In this document: in pieces, positions 13,410 through 25,958 of the stretch
Numbering within the stretch: position 1 is the stretch's first letter
Layout: every line of letters begins with the position of its first letter
Source of the DNA: Antedon mediterranea
Lineage: Eukaryota > Animalia > Echinodermata
Reading direction: 5' to 3'
Assembly (NCBI RefSeq): GCF_964355755.1
Contig: NC_092672.1
Location: 18,675,237-18,739,236, forward strand
Length of the DNA: 64,000 nt
Position numbers and translations under genes: made by a program
Notes under the pieces: generated by a model
What the model was told of the DNA's origin: nothing
What the model saw: only the letters and a program-made list of their open reading frames with translations
Databases searched by the model: none

Positions 13410-13521
13410 CCTACTAATAACCATCTAATCAATATTTCTCAACCAAAATAACATTAGAATTCCGTTTCTAAACATAGTATTTATAATGGTTTTCATTCTC
13501 TTTTCCAATTGTTTTTTTCAG

Positions 13522-13552
13522 ATAAAAGAAAACAATGGAATACAAATTATTG
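13522..13552 (+). CDS. ARMC5: ARMC5-like gene, 31-nt exon 2 (IKENNGIQII)
   Basis: TTTTTTTCAG|ATA...ATTG|GTAAGC; phase 0 in and phase 1 out, exactly bridging exon 1 and exon 3 and completing an ARM repeat (NGIQIIVNILKS...RAARALGNIS). Confidence 0.8.
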
Positions 13553-14265
13553 GTAAGCTTGCCAAAAATATTGTTTTACTTTTAGTGACTTGAATATAAT
13601 CCTATTCATGATCATGAAGTGGAGGACAGGGGTGAGGTGTTTAGAGGGTCTCCAGGACCAGAGATTGTTTGCATTTGGAAGTGTATATCGAGTATTAATA
13701 AACAAATTATGGTATACATAGTTTATCATATGATTAATATTATAGAAATTTTGTATTTGAATTGACGTGCTTAAAGGAACTGACATAGGGAAAACATAAT
13801 ACAAAACAGTACAGTGCATTTTTTTTGTGGCCATTTTTTGTACATGTATTGAGTATATTTTTGTTTTGTACATGTATGTAATGATTCTATTCAAAGATAT
13901 AATGTATTGTCCATTTTTTGTTGTTAAATAGGTCATTTGCAAATTTTTGTTTCCAAAATACCATTTACTTTTACAAAATAATGGATAAAAAAAGATTAAA
14001 ATAATCTGATCATATAGTTTATAGTCTACCATAATTTAAGAAAAAAATAGTAGTCAACCAGAAGTCAATGGGTTTCTATTTAAATTTAAATGTTTATTCT
14101 GTGTCTTTTTTAAGTAAAATCATAATTGGCAAAATGTAATATTCAAATTTAATATTAAAATTATACAGAATTGCATATTTCATGTTTGGGGGTGAAAATA
14201 TGAAAGTTGAAAATAAATTGTAATTAGATAAATTACTGTTTAATTTAAATGTTTTTATTTTTTAG

Positions 14266-16159
14266 TGAATATCCTGAAATCACAACATAAAAGTGTTCTG
14301 AACAGAGCAGCACGTGCCCTGGGTAATATTTCACTTAGCCATGACAACATTACCACAGTTCATAAATATGCTGCAGGCCCATTACTTATTAAGGTCCTAA
14401 AAGATAGTAATGACCCTGGCACACAAGAAAGCCTTACAAGGACCATTAGACTGATATCAAACAATTCAAAGCACAGAGATTTGATTGTGAAAGCTGAAGG
14501 CTTAAGACCAATTGTACAACATTTAAATTCAGAGGTGGTATCTGTTTGTAGCCAGTGTGTTCGTGCTATTGCTGAACTGACCAAAACCTGTTCGCCAGCT
14601 GCAGCTATTCAGGTGTTAGAAGAAGGTGGCATTACCACACTTGTACAACTCACTTCACATAATAAATCAATTGTGAAAGAACATGCTTTTACATCATTGA
14701 TTAACCTAATGAGACACAGCACAGTTCGAGCAAGTGTTGGCAGTGCTAATGGCGTTTTTATTTTTTTGCAAGGTATTCAAAATCCCACAGAGAAGGTATT
14801 TTCATTACATCTTCATGCTTTATGTTTGTGTTGTCAGGAAGCAGTTAATAGAGCTAAACTGAAAGAAATAAATGGTTTGATAATGTTGATAAATATTTTG
14901 AAAGCTAATGAACATGTAATTCATCATGAACGAATAATTTTAGCATTAGAATGTTTCTACTTTGATGAGGATGTCTTGGAATTATTTGGCAACAGTGGGT
15001 TGATTCAGATTTTGGTCAATAAACTAACTTCATTAGAAATGATCTCTGATCTTAATGATACCATTGACAATGAAAGTGAGGTACATCTAGAAGAATGCTG
15101 CAGTCAAAGCACCAGTGCAAATATAAGTAGTGGTGAATCTAAAAATTCTAACAAGAGAATTCATTCTAAAGTCACTTCAATGTTTGATCTTGATGAAGAT
15201 ATCGATGAAAAGCATTTAAAAGAAAAAGTTCAATCATTATCAGACTCAAATACATCGGAATTTGATCAATTTATAAGAAAGCCACAGCTGTATAGTCCAA
15301 TCAGTGTAGATTTAAGTCCATTCCTTAGAAATCAGGAACAACATCATCCCTCTAGCTTGTCGCCATCTAGTGATGCCTGCTACTCGCCTTGTTTTTCAAT
15401 GAGTCCTCCTTCATATGAATTTTCACCTACTACATCACCCCAATTAAGCCCAGGTGCAAGTGATTGCCTTTCATCTACCTCTGCTACATTTAATTCAGAA
15501 GAATGCCATACAGATGATCACATTCTGACAAGAGAATCTTTGAGTGAAGGGTGTGCAAAAACCACCCAAGACACTCAAAGTTCAGTGGAAGTGTCATCAC
15601 CGAATTCTAATTTTAAGAGGAAGTGCAGACAACAAGCGTTTTCTTTAAAGGCAAGAAAACATGAATTCAATGAACCTATCAACAATGAAAATAAGTCATA
15701 CGCTCATTCAGATTTAATAAGTGAACCAACAACTTCTCAAACTGTGACAAGATTGAAAAGTAGAGAACATGGTATACTGCTACTCCTGTCAAGGTTCTCA
15801 TACAAAAATGAGTTATGCAAATTTTTATTGACTGTAGACTGCTTTGATGCATTCATAAAAGTTATTGTAACATCAAAGAGTGCTAAATGTGTTGCAAAAT
15901 GCAGCAGATTGATGGTACGACTTCTTCATAATGTACACTGCCTTGAAGACCTTATCATGTTAAGTATTCCAACTCTTATAAATCAGAAGCTCACAAATGA
16001 AAAGAAACGTTGGCCAGCATGTGAAATAGTGGAACATCTTTTCCAGCTTGGTCTTCAAATTGAAACGGTATTTGGAGAAAAACTAATTGAAAATATGATT
16101 ACATCGACAGTAGAAACACGAAGGTTTGCCTGTTGTAAGGTCATTCCTTTCTTTTGTAG
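14266..16159 (+). CDS. ARMC5: ARMC5-like gene, exon 3 (ARM repeats plus Ser/Pro-rich linker)
   Basis: Acceptor TTTTTTAG|TG; ARM repeats (RAARALGNI, EGGITTLVQL, LCLCCQEAVNRAKLKEINGL); phase-2 donor AG|GTAGGT. Confidence 0.85.
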
Positions 16160-16452
16160 GTAGGTTTTTTTATAGATTTTATTAATAATTAATGCTCGTG
16201 AATGTAAGTATGGGCTTAACATGTTTAGTTGAATTATTTTAAATTATGCATAGTATTTAAATTGACAATGTTCTTATTATCAAAAAGAAAAATCTTCCAC
16301 AAATGACGTAGTATAATAATATATACTGGTTAATTAATAAATGTTTTTAGATCTGTCTAACTTATATATTTAGATATTTTTTTATTAGAAGAGAAGGCTA
16401 GATTGTGTCGCTTGAACTTCTTAATATCATTATTTTGTTGTTGTCTCAATAG

Positions 16453-17305
16453 GTTACCTCAAACAAGGAAGAAATTACTACAAGATATGAATGCAATAAG
16501 TCTTTACAGGGAGTTTCTTCAAATATCTAAAGGTGATGAGATTTTCAATGAGTCTGTTCATAGTCTAAGACAGTTAGCACATACTGTTGGCATTAAAGAT
16601 CCAGTAAGAATTTACAGAAAAAAAATTGAAAAGCAACAAAAGCAATCTGCAGACTACTGCTGCAAGTATGACAACAGCATTTCAGATGTAGACACTGAGT
16701 TTATCTTGGATGATAAGTCTAAAATTCCTGTCAACCGTAACATACTCAGTGAAAAGTCTGATGTATTTGCAGCAATGTTGAGTGGTGACTTTATTGAATC
16801 CCACCAGAACCTTGTTCCATTGACAGAAGTTTCCCAAGATACAATGAAATTCATCATACATAAATTGTATGGTTGCTCTCATTGCTGTGTGGTATCCTTA
16901 TTTGGAAATGCAGAGTGTAGTACCCAGAACTCTTCAGAGTCAGAAGGTAGAAAATTGTCTTTTGGTGAAACAACTGCAAACACTACTCTAGTAGGTTGTG
17001 ATAAGGATGTAAGCTCCAATGTGAAAGTATGCATTGAAGCTATGGTAGTGTCTGATAGATTTCTTTTACATGACATTCAGAAACAGGTATATGATATATT
17101 GGTATCAAAAGTGTTAAATGAAAGAACAGCCCCATTCCTCTATACATGCAGTAAACAGTTTGAACGTTGCAAATTGGGTAAAGCCTGCTTAGAACATATT
17201 TTATGTGGAGATGATGTAAACCCTCAGTCATTTAAAACATTTTTACAGTCCACGATTTCTGCCATAGATCACATGATCTTATTAATTTTAGAAAAATCAA
17301 GTTAA
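16453..17305 (+). CDS. ARMC5: ARMC5-like gene, exon 4 (BTB domain); spliced CDS is 3063 nt / 1020 aa
   Basis: Acceptor AATAG|G restores the Arg codon; BTB motif DTEFILDD...VNRNILSEKSDVFAAMLSGDFIES...SDRFLL; ARM plus C-terminal BTB is the ARMC5 architecture. Confidence 0.85.
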
Positions 17306-17800
17306 ATGAAACTAAATCTCTGTTTTGTATTTCTGAATTGCATAGTTTAATAAAATATGTAATATCTAATAGATAGTTATCTCAATATGATGATGGAACA
17401 CGACCAAGTCAAGACCTGTCTTAACAATATGTAGTTTTTTTGGTACCAGTACTAGTATCTGATTCCTGGTAATAAATTGCAGTTTATGCCCTTTGACATG
17501 TTATATAGTTTGATTTAAGTTTATATCATCTTTCTGCCTGCATCAGATAAGCATTAATAGAACTGATTATAACTAAATTAGATTAAAAACCATTACTCAT
17601 TTGTTTATTTAATGTATTTTTTTAGTTGTAAATACATTTTTGTTTTAACATTGATTTTTAATTCTGTTTGGCAAAAGAAAATATTGTTATTATTTTAAAT
17701 ACATTGAATACAATTGTGCATTATTTAAGCATTTACTCTTGTTGATATTTCATAACACTGTTATGCAGATATCTGTTTTATGTAAATACACCATAGCAAC

Positions 17801-20800
17801 TGACTCAATAACCAACAGCAGGACCACCTAAAGTGTTCTGACTCAATAACCAACAGCAGGACCACCTAAAGTGTTCTGACTCAATAACCAACAGCAGGAC
17901 CACCTAAAGTGTTCTGACTCAATAACCAACAGCAGGACACCACCTAAAGTGTTCTGACTCAATAACCAACAGCAGGACCACCTAAAGTGTTCTGACTCAA
18001 TAACCAACAGCAGGACCACCTAAAGTGTTCTGACTCAATAACCAACAGCAGGACACCACCTAAAGTGTTCTGACTCAATAACCAACAGCAGGACCACCTA
18101 AAGTGTTCTGACTCAATAACCAACAGCAGGACACCACCTAAAGTGTTCTGACTCAATAACCAACAGCAGGACCACCTAAAGTGTTCTGACTCAATAACCA
18201 ACAGCAGGACACCACCTAAAGTGTTCTGACTCAATAACCAACAGCAGGACACCACCTAAAGTGTTCTGACTCAATAACCAACAGCAGGACACCACCTAAA
18301 GTGTTCTGACTCAATAACCAACAGCAGGACACCACCTAAAGTGTTCTGACTCAATAACCAACAGCAGGACCACCTAAAGTGTTCTGACTCAATAACCAAC
18401 AGCAGGACACCACCTAAAGTGTTCTGACTCAATAACCAACAGCAGGACACCACCTAAAGTGTTCTGACTCAATAACCAACAGCAGGACACCACCTAAAGT
18501 GTTCTGACTCAATAACCAACAGCAGGACACCACCTAAAGTGTTCTGACTCAATAACCAACAGCAGGACCACCTAAAGTGTTCTGACTCAATAACCAACAG
18601 CAGGACCACCTAAAGTGTTCTGACTCAATAACCAACAGCAGGACACCACCTAAAGTGTTCTGACTCAATAACCAACAGCAGGACCACCTAAAGTGTTCTG
18701 ACTCAATAACCAACAGCAGGACACCACCTAAAGTGTTCTGACTCAATAACCAACAGCAGGACCACCTAAAGTGTTCTGACTCAATAACCAACAGCAGGAC
18801 ACCACCTAAAGTGTTCTGACTCAATAACCAACAGCAGGACCACCTAAAGTGTTCTGACTCAATAACCAACAGCAGGACACCACCTAAAGTGTTCTGACTC
18901 AATAACCAACAGCAGGACCACCTAAAGTGTTCTGACTCAATAACCAACAGCAGGACACCACCTAAAGTGTTCTGACTCAATAACCAACAGCAGGACACCA
19001 CCTAAAGTGTTCTGACTCAATAACCAACAGCAGGACACCACCTAAAGTGTTCTGACTCAATAACCAACAGCAGGACCACCTAAAGTGTTCTGACTCAATA
19101 ACCAACAGCAGGACACCACCTAAAGTGTTCTGACTCAATAACCAACAGCAGGACCACCTAAAGTGTTCTGACTCAATAACCAACAGCAGGACACCACCTA
19201 AAGTGTTCTGACTCAATAACCAACAGCAGGACCACCTAAAGTGTTCTGACTCAATAACCAACAGCAGGACACCACCTAAAGTGTTCTGACTCAATAACCA
19301 ACAGCAGGACCACCTAAAGTGTTCTGACTCAATAACCAACAGCAGGACACCACCTAAAGTGTTCTGACTCAATAACCAACAGCAGGACACCACCTAAAGT
19401 GTTCTGACTCAATAACCAACAGCAGGACACCACCTAAAGTGTTCTGACTCAATAACCAACAGCAGGACCACCTAAAGTGTTCTGACTCAATAACCAACAG
19501 CAGGACCACCTAAAGTGTTCTGACTCAATAACCAACAGCAGGACCACCTAAAGTGTTCTGACTCAATAACCAACAGCAGGACCACCTAAAGTGTTCTGAC
19601 TCAATAACCAACAGCAGGACCACCTAAAGTGTTCTGACTCAATAACCAACAGCAGGACACCACCTAAAGTGTTCTGACTCATTAACCAACAGCAGGACCA
19701 CCTAAAGTGTTCTGACTCAATAACCAACAGCAGGACCACCTAAAGTGTTCTGACTCAATAACCAACAGCAGGACCACCTAAAGTGTTCTGACTCAATAAC
19801 CAACAGCAGGACCACCTAAAGTGTTCTGACTCAATAACCAACAGCAGGACCACCTAAAGTGTTCTGACTCAATAACCAACAGCAGGACACCACCTAAAGT
19901 GTTCTGACTCAATAACCAACAGCAGGACCACCTAAAGTGTTCTGACTCAATAACCAACAGCAGGACCACCTAAAGTGTTCTGACTCAATAACCAACAGCA
20001 GGACACCACCTAAAGTGTTCTGACTCAATAACCAACAGCAGGACACCACCTAAAGTGTTCTGACTCAATAACCAACAGCAGGACCACCTAAAGTGTTCTG
20101 ACTCAATAACCAACAGCAGGACACCACCTAAAGTGTTCTGACTCAATAACCAACAGCAGGACCACCTAAAGTGTTCTGACTCAATAACCAACAGCAGGAC
20201 ACCACCTAAAGTGTTCTGACTCATTAACCAACAGCAGGACCACCTAAAGTGTTCTGACTCAATAACCAACAGCAGGACCACCTAAAGTGTTCTGACTCAA
20301 TAACCAACAGCAGGACACCACCTAAAGTGTTCTGACTCATTAACCAACAGCAGGACCACCTAAAGTGTTCTGACTCAATAACCAACAGCAGGACCACCTA
20401 AAGTGTTCTGACTCAATAACCAACAGCAGGACACCACCTAAAGTGTTCTGACTCATTAACCAACAGCAGGACCACCTAAGGTGTTCTGACTCAATAACCA
20501 ACAGCAGGACCACCTAAAGTGTTCTGACTCAATAACCAACAGCAGGACCACCTAAAGTGTTCTGACTCAATAACCAACAGCAGGACACCACCTAAAGTGT
20601 TCTGACTCATTAACCAACAGCAGGACCACCTAAAGTGTTCTGACTCAATAACCAACAGCAGGACCACCTAAAGTGTTCTGACTCAATAACCAACAGCAGG
20701 ACCACCTAAAGTGTTCTGACTCAATAACCAACAGCAGGACACCACCTAAAGTGTTCTGACTCAATAACCAACAGCAGGACCACCTAAAGTGTTCTGACTC

Positions 20801-22170
20801 AATAACCAACAGCAGGACACCACCTAAAGTGTTCTGACTCAATAACCAACAGCAGGACACCACCTAAAGTGTTCTGACTCAATAACCAACAGCAGGACCA
20901 CCTAAAGTGTTCTGACTCAATAACCAACAGCAGGACACCACCTAAAGTGTTCTGACTCAATAACCAACAGCAGGACACCACCTAAAGTGTTCTGACTCAA
21001 TAACCAACAGCAGGACCACCTAAAGTGTTCTGACTCAATAACCAACAGCAGGACCACCTAAAGTGTTCTGACTCAATAACCAACAGCAGGACACCACCTA
21101 AAGTGTTCTGACTCAATAACCAACAGCAGGACACCACCTAAAGTGTTCTGACTCAATAACCAACAGCAGGACACCACCTAAAGTGTTCTGACTCAATAAC
21201 CAACAGCAGGACACCACCTAAAGTGTTCTGACTCAATAACCAACAGCAGGACACCACCTAAAGTGTTCTGACTCAATAACCAACAGCAGGACACCACCTA
21301 AAGTGTTCTGACTCAATAACCAACAGCAGGACCACCTAAAGTGTTCTGACTCAATAACCAACAGCAGGACACCACCTAAAGTGTTCTGACTCAATAACCA
21401 ACAGCAGGACACCACCTAAAGTGTTCTGACTCAATAACCAACAGCAGGACCACCTAAAGTGTTCTGACTCAATAACCAACAGCAGGACACCACCTAAAGT
21501 GTTCTGACTCAATAACCAACAGCAGGACACCACCTAAAGTGTTCTGACTCAATAACCAACAGCAGGACCACCTAAAGTGTTCTGACTCAATAACCAACAG
21601 CAGGACCACCTAAAGTGTTCTGACTCAATAACCAACAGCAGGACACCACCTAAAGTGTTCTGACTCAATAACCAACAGCAGGACCACCTAAAGTGTTCTG
21701 ACTCAATAACCAACAGCAGGACACCACCTAAAGTGTTCTGACTCAATAACCAACAGCAGGACACCACCTAAAGTGTTCTGACTCAATAACCAACAGCAGG
21801 ACCACCTAAAGTGTTCTGACTCAATAACCAACAGCAGGACCACCTAAAGTGTTCTGACTCAATAACCAACAGCAGGACACCACCTAAAGTGTTCTGACTC
21901 AATAACCAACAGCAGGACACCACCTAAAGTGTTCTGACTCAATAACCAACAGCAGGACCACCTAAAGTGTTCTGACTCATTAACCAACAGCAGGACCACC
22001 TAAAGTGTTCTGACTCAATAACCAACAGCAGGACACCACCTAAAGTGTTCTGACTCAATAACCAACAGCAGGACCACCTAAAGTGTTCTGACTCAATAAC
22101 CAACAGCAGGACACCACCTAAAGTGTTCTGACTCAATAACCAACAGCAGGACACTACCTAAAGTGTTCTG
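17801..22170. repeat. Minisatellite, roughly 110 units of 38/40 bp: TGACTCAATAACCAACAGCAGGAC(AC)CACCTAAAGTGTTC
   Basis: Direct reading; two length variants differ by an AC indel; rare variants TGACTCATTA and CCTAAGG. Confidence 0.98.
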
Positions 22171-23245
22171 TTTGTAAATATCTTGCGCATTTAAATAATA
22201 AAAATGAAAGGAAGCAAATACTTTTACAGTATATTACTATTATATTATGCTTTATAATTAGCATTAGAATTTGTTAAAAGGTAACGTTGTATTGAATGGT
22301 TGTAGGTCATTTTGTTGTCAAGGGATTTGTCATTCTATCATCGCCATTTAAAATAAACTTGAGGAATTACCCTGATTTTTTCTTCAAATCCAAGATGGCG
22401 AGCAAAATCCAAATTGTATCGCACTTGTATTTTAATGTCTATTAAATGCCCCTTCATTTTAAACTTGATAAAACAGAGACCTCTTCCATAGAGCCCATTA
22501 AGTATTGAGAGGTTTTAGCGGAGTCTCTAAAATATAATAACAAATATTGACAAATTCCCTATTTTGTCTGAATTTTATAAAAACAGAGACCACCCCATAG
22601 AACACATGTTATTGAGAAGTTTTATTGGGTCTCATTGGTTAGTTGTTTTCTCCGCCAAATTAAATAGTTTCCGCCATAATTCATAAATTGTATTGAATAA
22701 TATGCTACGTTTTATGAAGAGACCTGAGACCATACTTTGTTTTATTGTGTTCTATACGTTGGTCTCTGTTTTCGAAAAATATCGAATGTGTTCACTCAGT
22801 GGTTCAATGTTATTGTTTTCAAGCAAAAATTTACAAAAAACATTTACGGTTGCTCTTAGGCTCAATAAAAGTCACTCGGAAACTGGTACTTAAACACACG
22901 ATTGTAAATATTGCAGATATTAATAATTCAATCAAATTAACTACAATTTTTTTTATTATTTGTTAAATTTAATTATTTCACAAATTCATACATGACGTCT
23001 AAAGTCTATAGGCCCTAATGTTTTCTAATACCTTTTACATACACCCATTACACGAATATTGTGTTGTACGACTCAGTTGTAAATACAATGAATAAAAACA
23101 CATTATAAAAAGACACAATTAGATAAAAATAATTATACTAAAAGATCATTTTAACAATTAAGATACAGATAGTAATTTATGTGTTAAACTCTGCTACGCG
23201 AGCAAATTAATACAAAAATCTAAATTTGTGGTCAAATTACTAGTT

Positions 23246-23378
23246 TAAATCTCTGTCTAGACTATCGAACTTTATGTGACGTGTCGATACATAGACACGA
23301 CGACGTCATATCACTACTATATTTGGGCGCATCTTAATTCTGTTGTCAAACTAGTTTGATAGTGTAGACAGAGCTTTA
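23246..23378. mobile_element. Short MITE with ~26-bp TIRs (PIF/Harbinger-like TAA/TTA ends)
   Basis: TAAATCTCTGTCTAGACTATCGAACT ... AGTTTGATAGTGTAGACAGAGCTTTA. Confidence 0.65.
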
Positions 23379-25110
23379 GATCTGCGACGATTAGTTCTCC
23401 ACAACGTTTTAATGTCATAAGTTTATGCATTTGCATAATCATATTATGCTTAGGTTCCGTCAAGTTAAATCTTACAAAATATCGCCATTATAAGACTACT
23501 GACTAATAAAAAAGAACGTGCATAGGCCTACATCATTTGCTACTACCGATTATGATGATCGAAAATAGAAATAGAGCGTGTGTTACATTTCTTTGGCTTC
23601 CATTGCATCAGGATTAGGCCTTTTCTACGAATGATTATTGAACTAAATCAAACATTGTTATGCTTTAGGCCTATCCAATCTCTGATGTAGGCCAAACTTG
23701 CCCTACATCATACATGTAACCAAGAAGAAGTGGATGCTGTCTATTTCTTCAACCAATCACGTTCTAGTGATTACATAGGCTATGCAATATCATTAAAATA
23801 TTTACAATTTTCACTACCATCATAATTGATGAAAATATTATAGATTAAATTTATCACAAAACTTACTTTAATATTAATTTGTTTAATAGTAGAAACATAT
23901 ATAAAAAACAATTATTAACATAATATTAAATTACATTTATTTAATATTTTTAATATCTCGTAGGATATATTTTATTAATACATTGGCCAAGCATTTGGAA
24001 AAAAAATCACATAACCTCAATAATGATTGAAGATAATAATAATACTTAATACTTATAACGTTTCTATATTTTATATTCTGTATCATATGTTAATATTTTA
24101 TGCACATCATACCGTGAAAGAAAATCATACTACATATAATAAATATATAGCAATGACTTTAAAGTTATTTTTCTCTACATTAAAAAATACTAAATTATAT
24201 GTCGCCCATAACAGGATTCAATCAATAAATATAATTTATATAGATAACTAATTAAACAAAACAATTACCTAAAAGTTGATAATTTATTTTTCATATAAAA
24301 CTGTAAGAATGAATGTGAGGAGGAATTGAATATGAATTAATCTATTAACTTGTGCTGCAGAGACATCACTCCAGTTTAGTGTTATTTTCAAATGCATTAG
24401 ATTGGTAGCTTCCACACAATCACACTTTTATTATTAGACTCTAGCCTCAGTTACAATATTTTTGTTGGGTCACCTCGAAAGGAGATATTATTCTTCGTCT
24501 TTCGTCTTAATCATTTGTGTTTGAATTCATCCGTTGTTCCACATTCTTTATTAGTATCTAAACAAAAACTATTGACGATTTAATTACAACAAATTCTTCC
24601 GAGTCAACAGGACCAAGGAAGAAACGTTTGTGTCAATGGGTTTCACTTAAATTAGTTTCTTAGTTATGATCTCCTTAGGGTACATTTGTATTTAACGAGT
24701 GACCGTCAACCTCGTTAATATTAGGTGTGGGGTTATTGTGTTCCACGGCGAGGCATTCACTTCATAGCTCAGCACAATTTTATTATTTCCGCTAAACACA
24801 ATTTTGATTTTAAAAGATCTGCATTTAGATCTATTAGTATTATTTGGTGGCATACAATTTTCACTGATTTACAATCTACTTTGAAAGATCTGTGTTTATC
24901 AATACTATTTGTAATTCGCGTTCTGGTACGTACGTATTGCTTTTATTTACGAATATTATATATTATATAACACCTATATAAATTCCTGTCATTTGATTGG
25001 ACGAATGTGGGTCACATGGCGTGCAATAGTACGCACTATTCAACGATCGTTAAATAGTACTTTTTGAAACATTTTTGTGTACGAAAAAAAACGTCTAGAT
25101 GTTATATAAA

Positions 25111-25272
25111 ACAAATAATGAATGTTTTGTATTCGTGTAATGGTACAAATAATGGCACTTGGTGAATGATGAAAGGTTATATCAACTCGGCTTTGCCTCG
25201 TTGATATAACCTTTCATCATTCACCTCGTGCCATTATTTGTACCATTGCACTCATAAACATTCATTATTTGT
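25111..25272. repeat. ~160-bp near-perfect palindrome (hairpin-type interspersed repeat)
   Basis: acaaataatgaatg...ggtgaatgatgaaaggttatatcaac-loop-gttgatataacctttcatcattcacc...cattcattatttgt. Confidence 0.85.
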
Positions 25273-25309
25273 ATACTATGGAATCGACACCTGTACGCTA
25301 CAAAATATG

Positions 25310-25720
25310 CGTACTAAGCCACTCTTTCATTCGGCGTCTGTCTGAGCACGTGTGAGTAAATCACCGCAATAAAAGAACGAGCGCTTCCGATGTCTTGGAA
25401 TTCAAAGTGGTGCCAGATAATACATGATTTGCCATCCATACTAAAAGGTCGTACGTCATACGATAATTATAGTTATATTCAGATAGGAGAAAATGACATA
25501 GGGAATGACATAGCGAACATCATGATACACTATTGGTCTTTCATAGACTACCTATTGCTGGGGACAGACGTCAAATTAGTGATCGTAGGTGAACTCATCC
25601 GTAGACTACCAAAGAACGCGATACATGTTCAGTACTACAATTAAGAAGGTGAATAATAACTTGGCAACATGTTTCACCGACCATCCTAAAGTTATTTTTT
25701 GGAGACACCGTGGTCTCGTT
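25310..25720 (+). pseudogene. Decayed SGNH-hydrolase-like ORF of the kind carried by Ngaro/DIRS tyrosine-recombinase retrotransposons
   Basis: Fragments VLSHSFIRRL, IQIGENDI, VIVGELIRR, FTDHPKVIFWRHRGL resemble SGNH blocks; frame is disrupted. Confidence 0.5.
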
Positions 25721-25958
25721 GTTTCACATTCTTCATTATTATCTAAACAAAAACTATTGACGATTTAATTACATATTTTGCGTCGGATAATTTGTAGAAC
25801 TAAGCTGTACTAACGATTACTGAGAGTTTTGCTGGTAATCTAATATGATTCATGTTCCAGGCGATTATTGTAGAGTACTTTGAGGCAATAAGTATAAACA
25901 GCAGATGAGAAGATGATAAAGCATAATTCTACAAAATTTTAGTATAGAAATTGAAGCA

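Noticed and set aside
12575-13417. Duplicated small ORFs MISLCQVPSIF...
   Set aside because: Mirror translations of MITE TIRs
17801-22170. CRISPR array or repeat-encoded protein (SCCWLLSQNTLGG ORFs)
   Set aside because: There are no unique spacers, no cas genes and the context is eukaryotic; the ORFs arise from 38+40=78-bp phasing and lack real ATG starts
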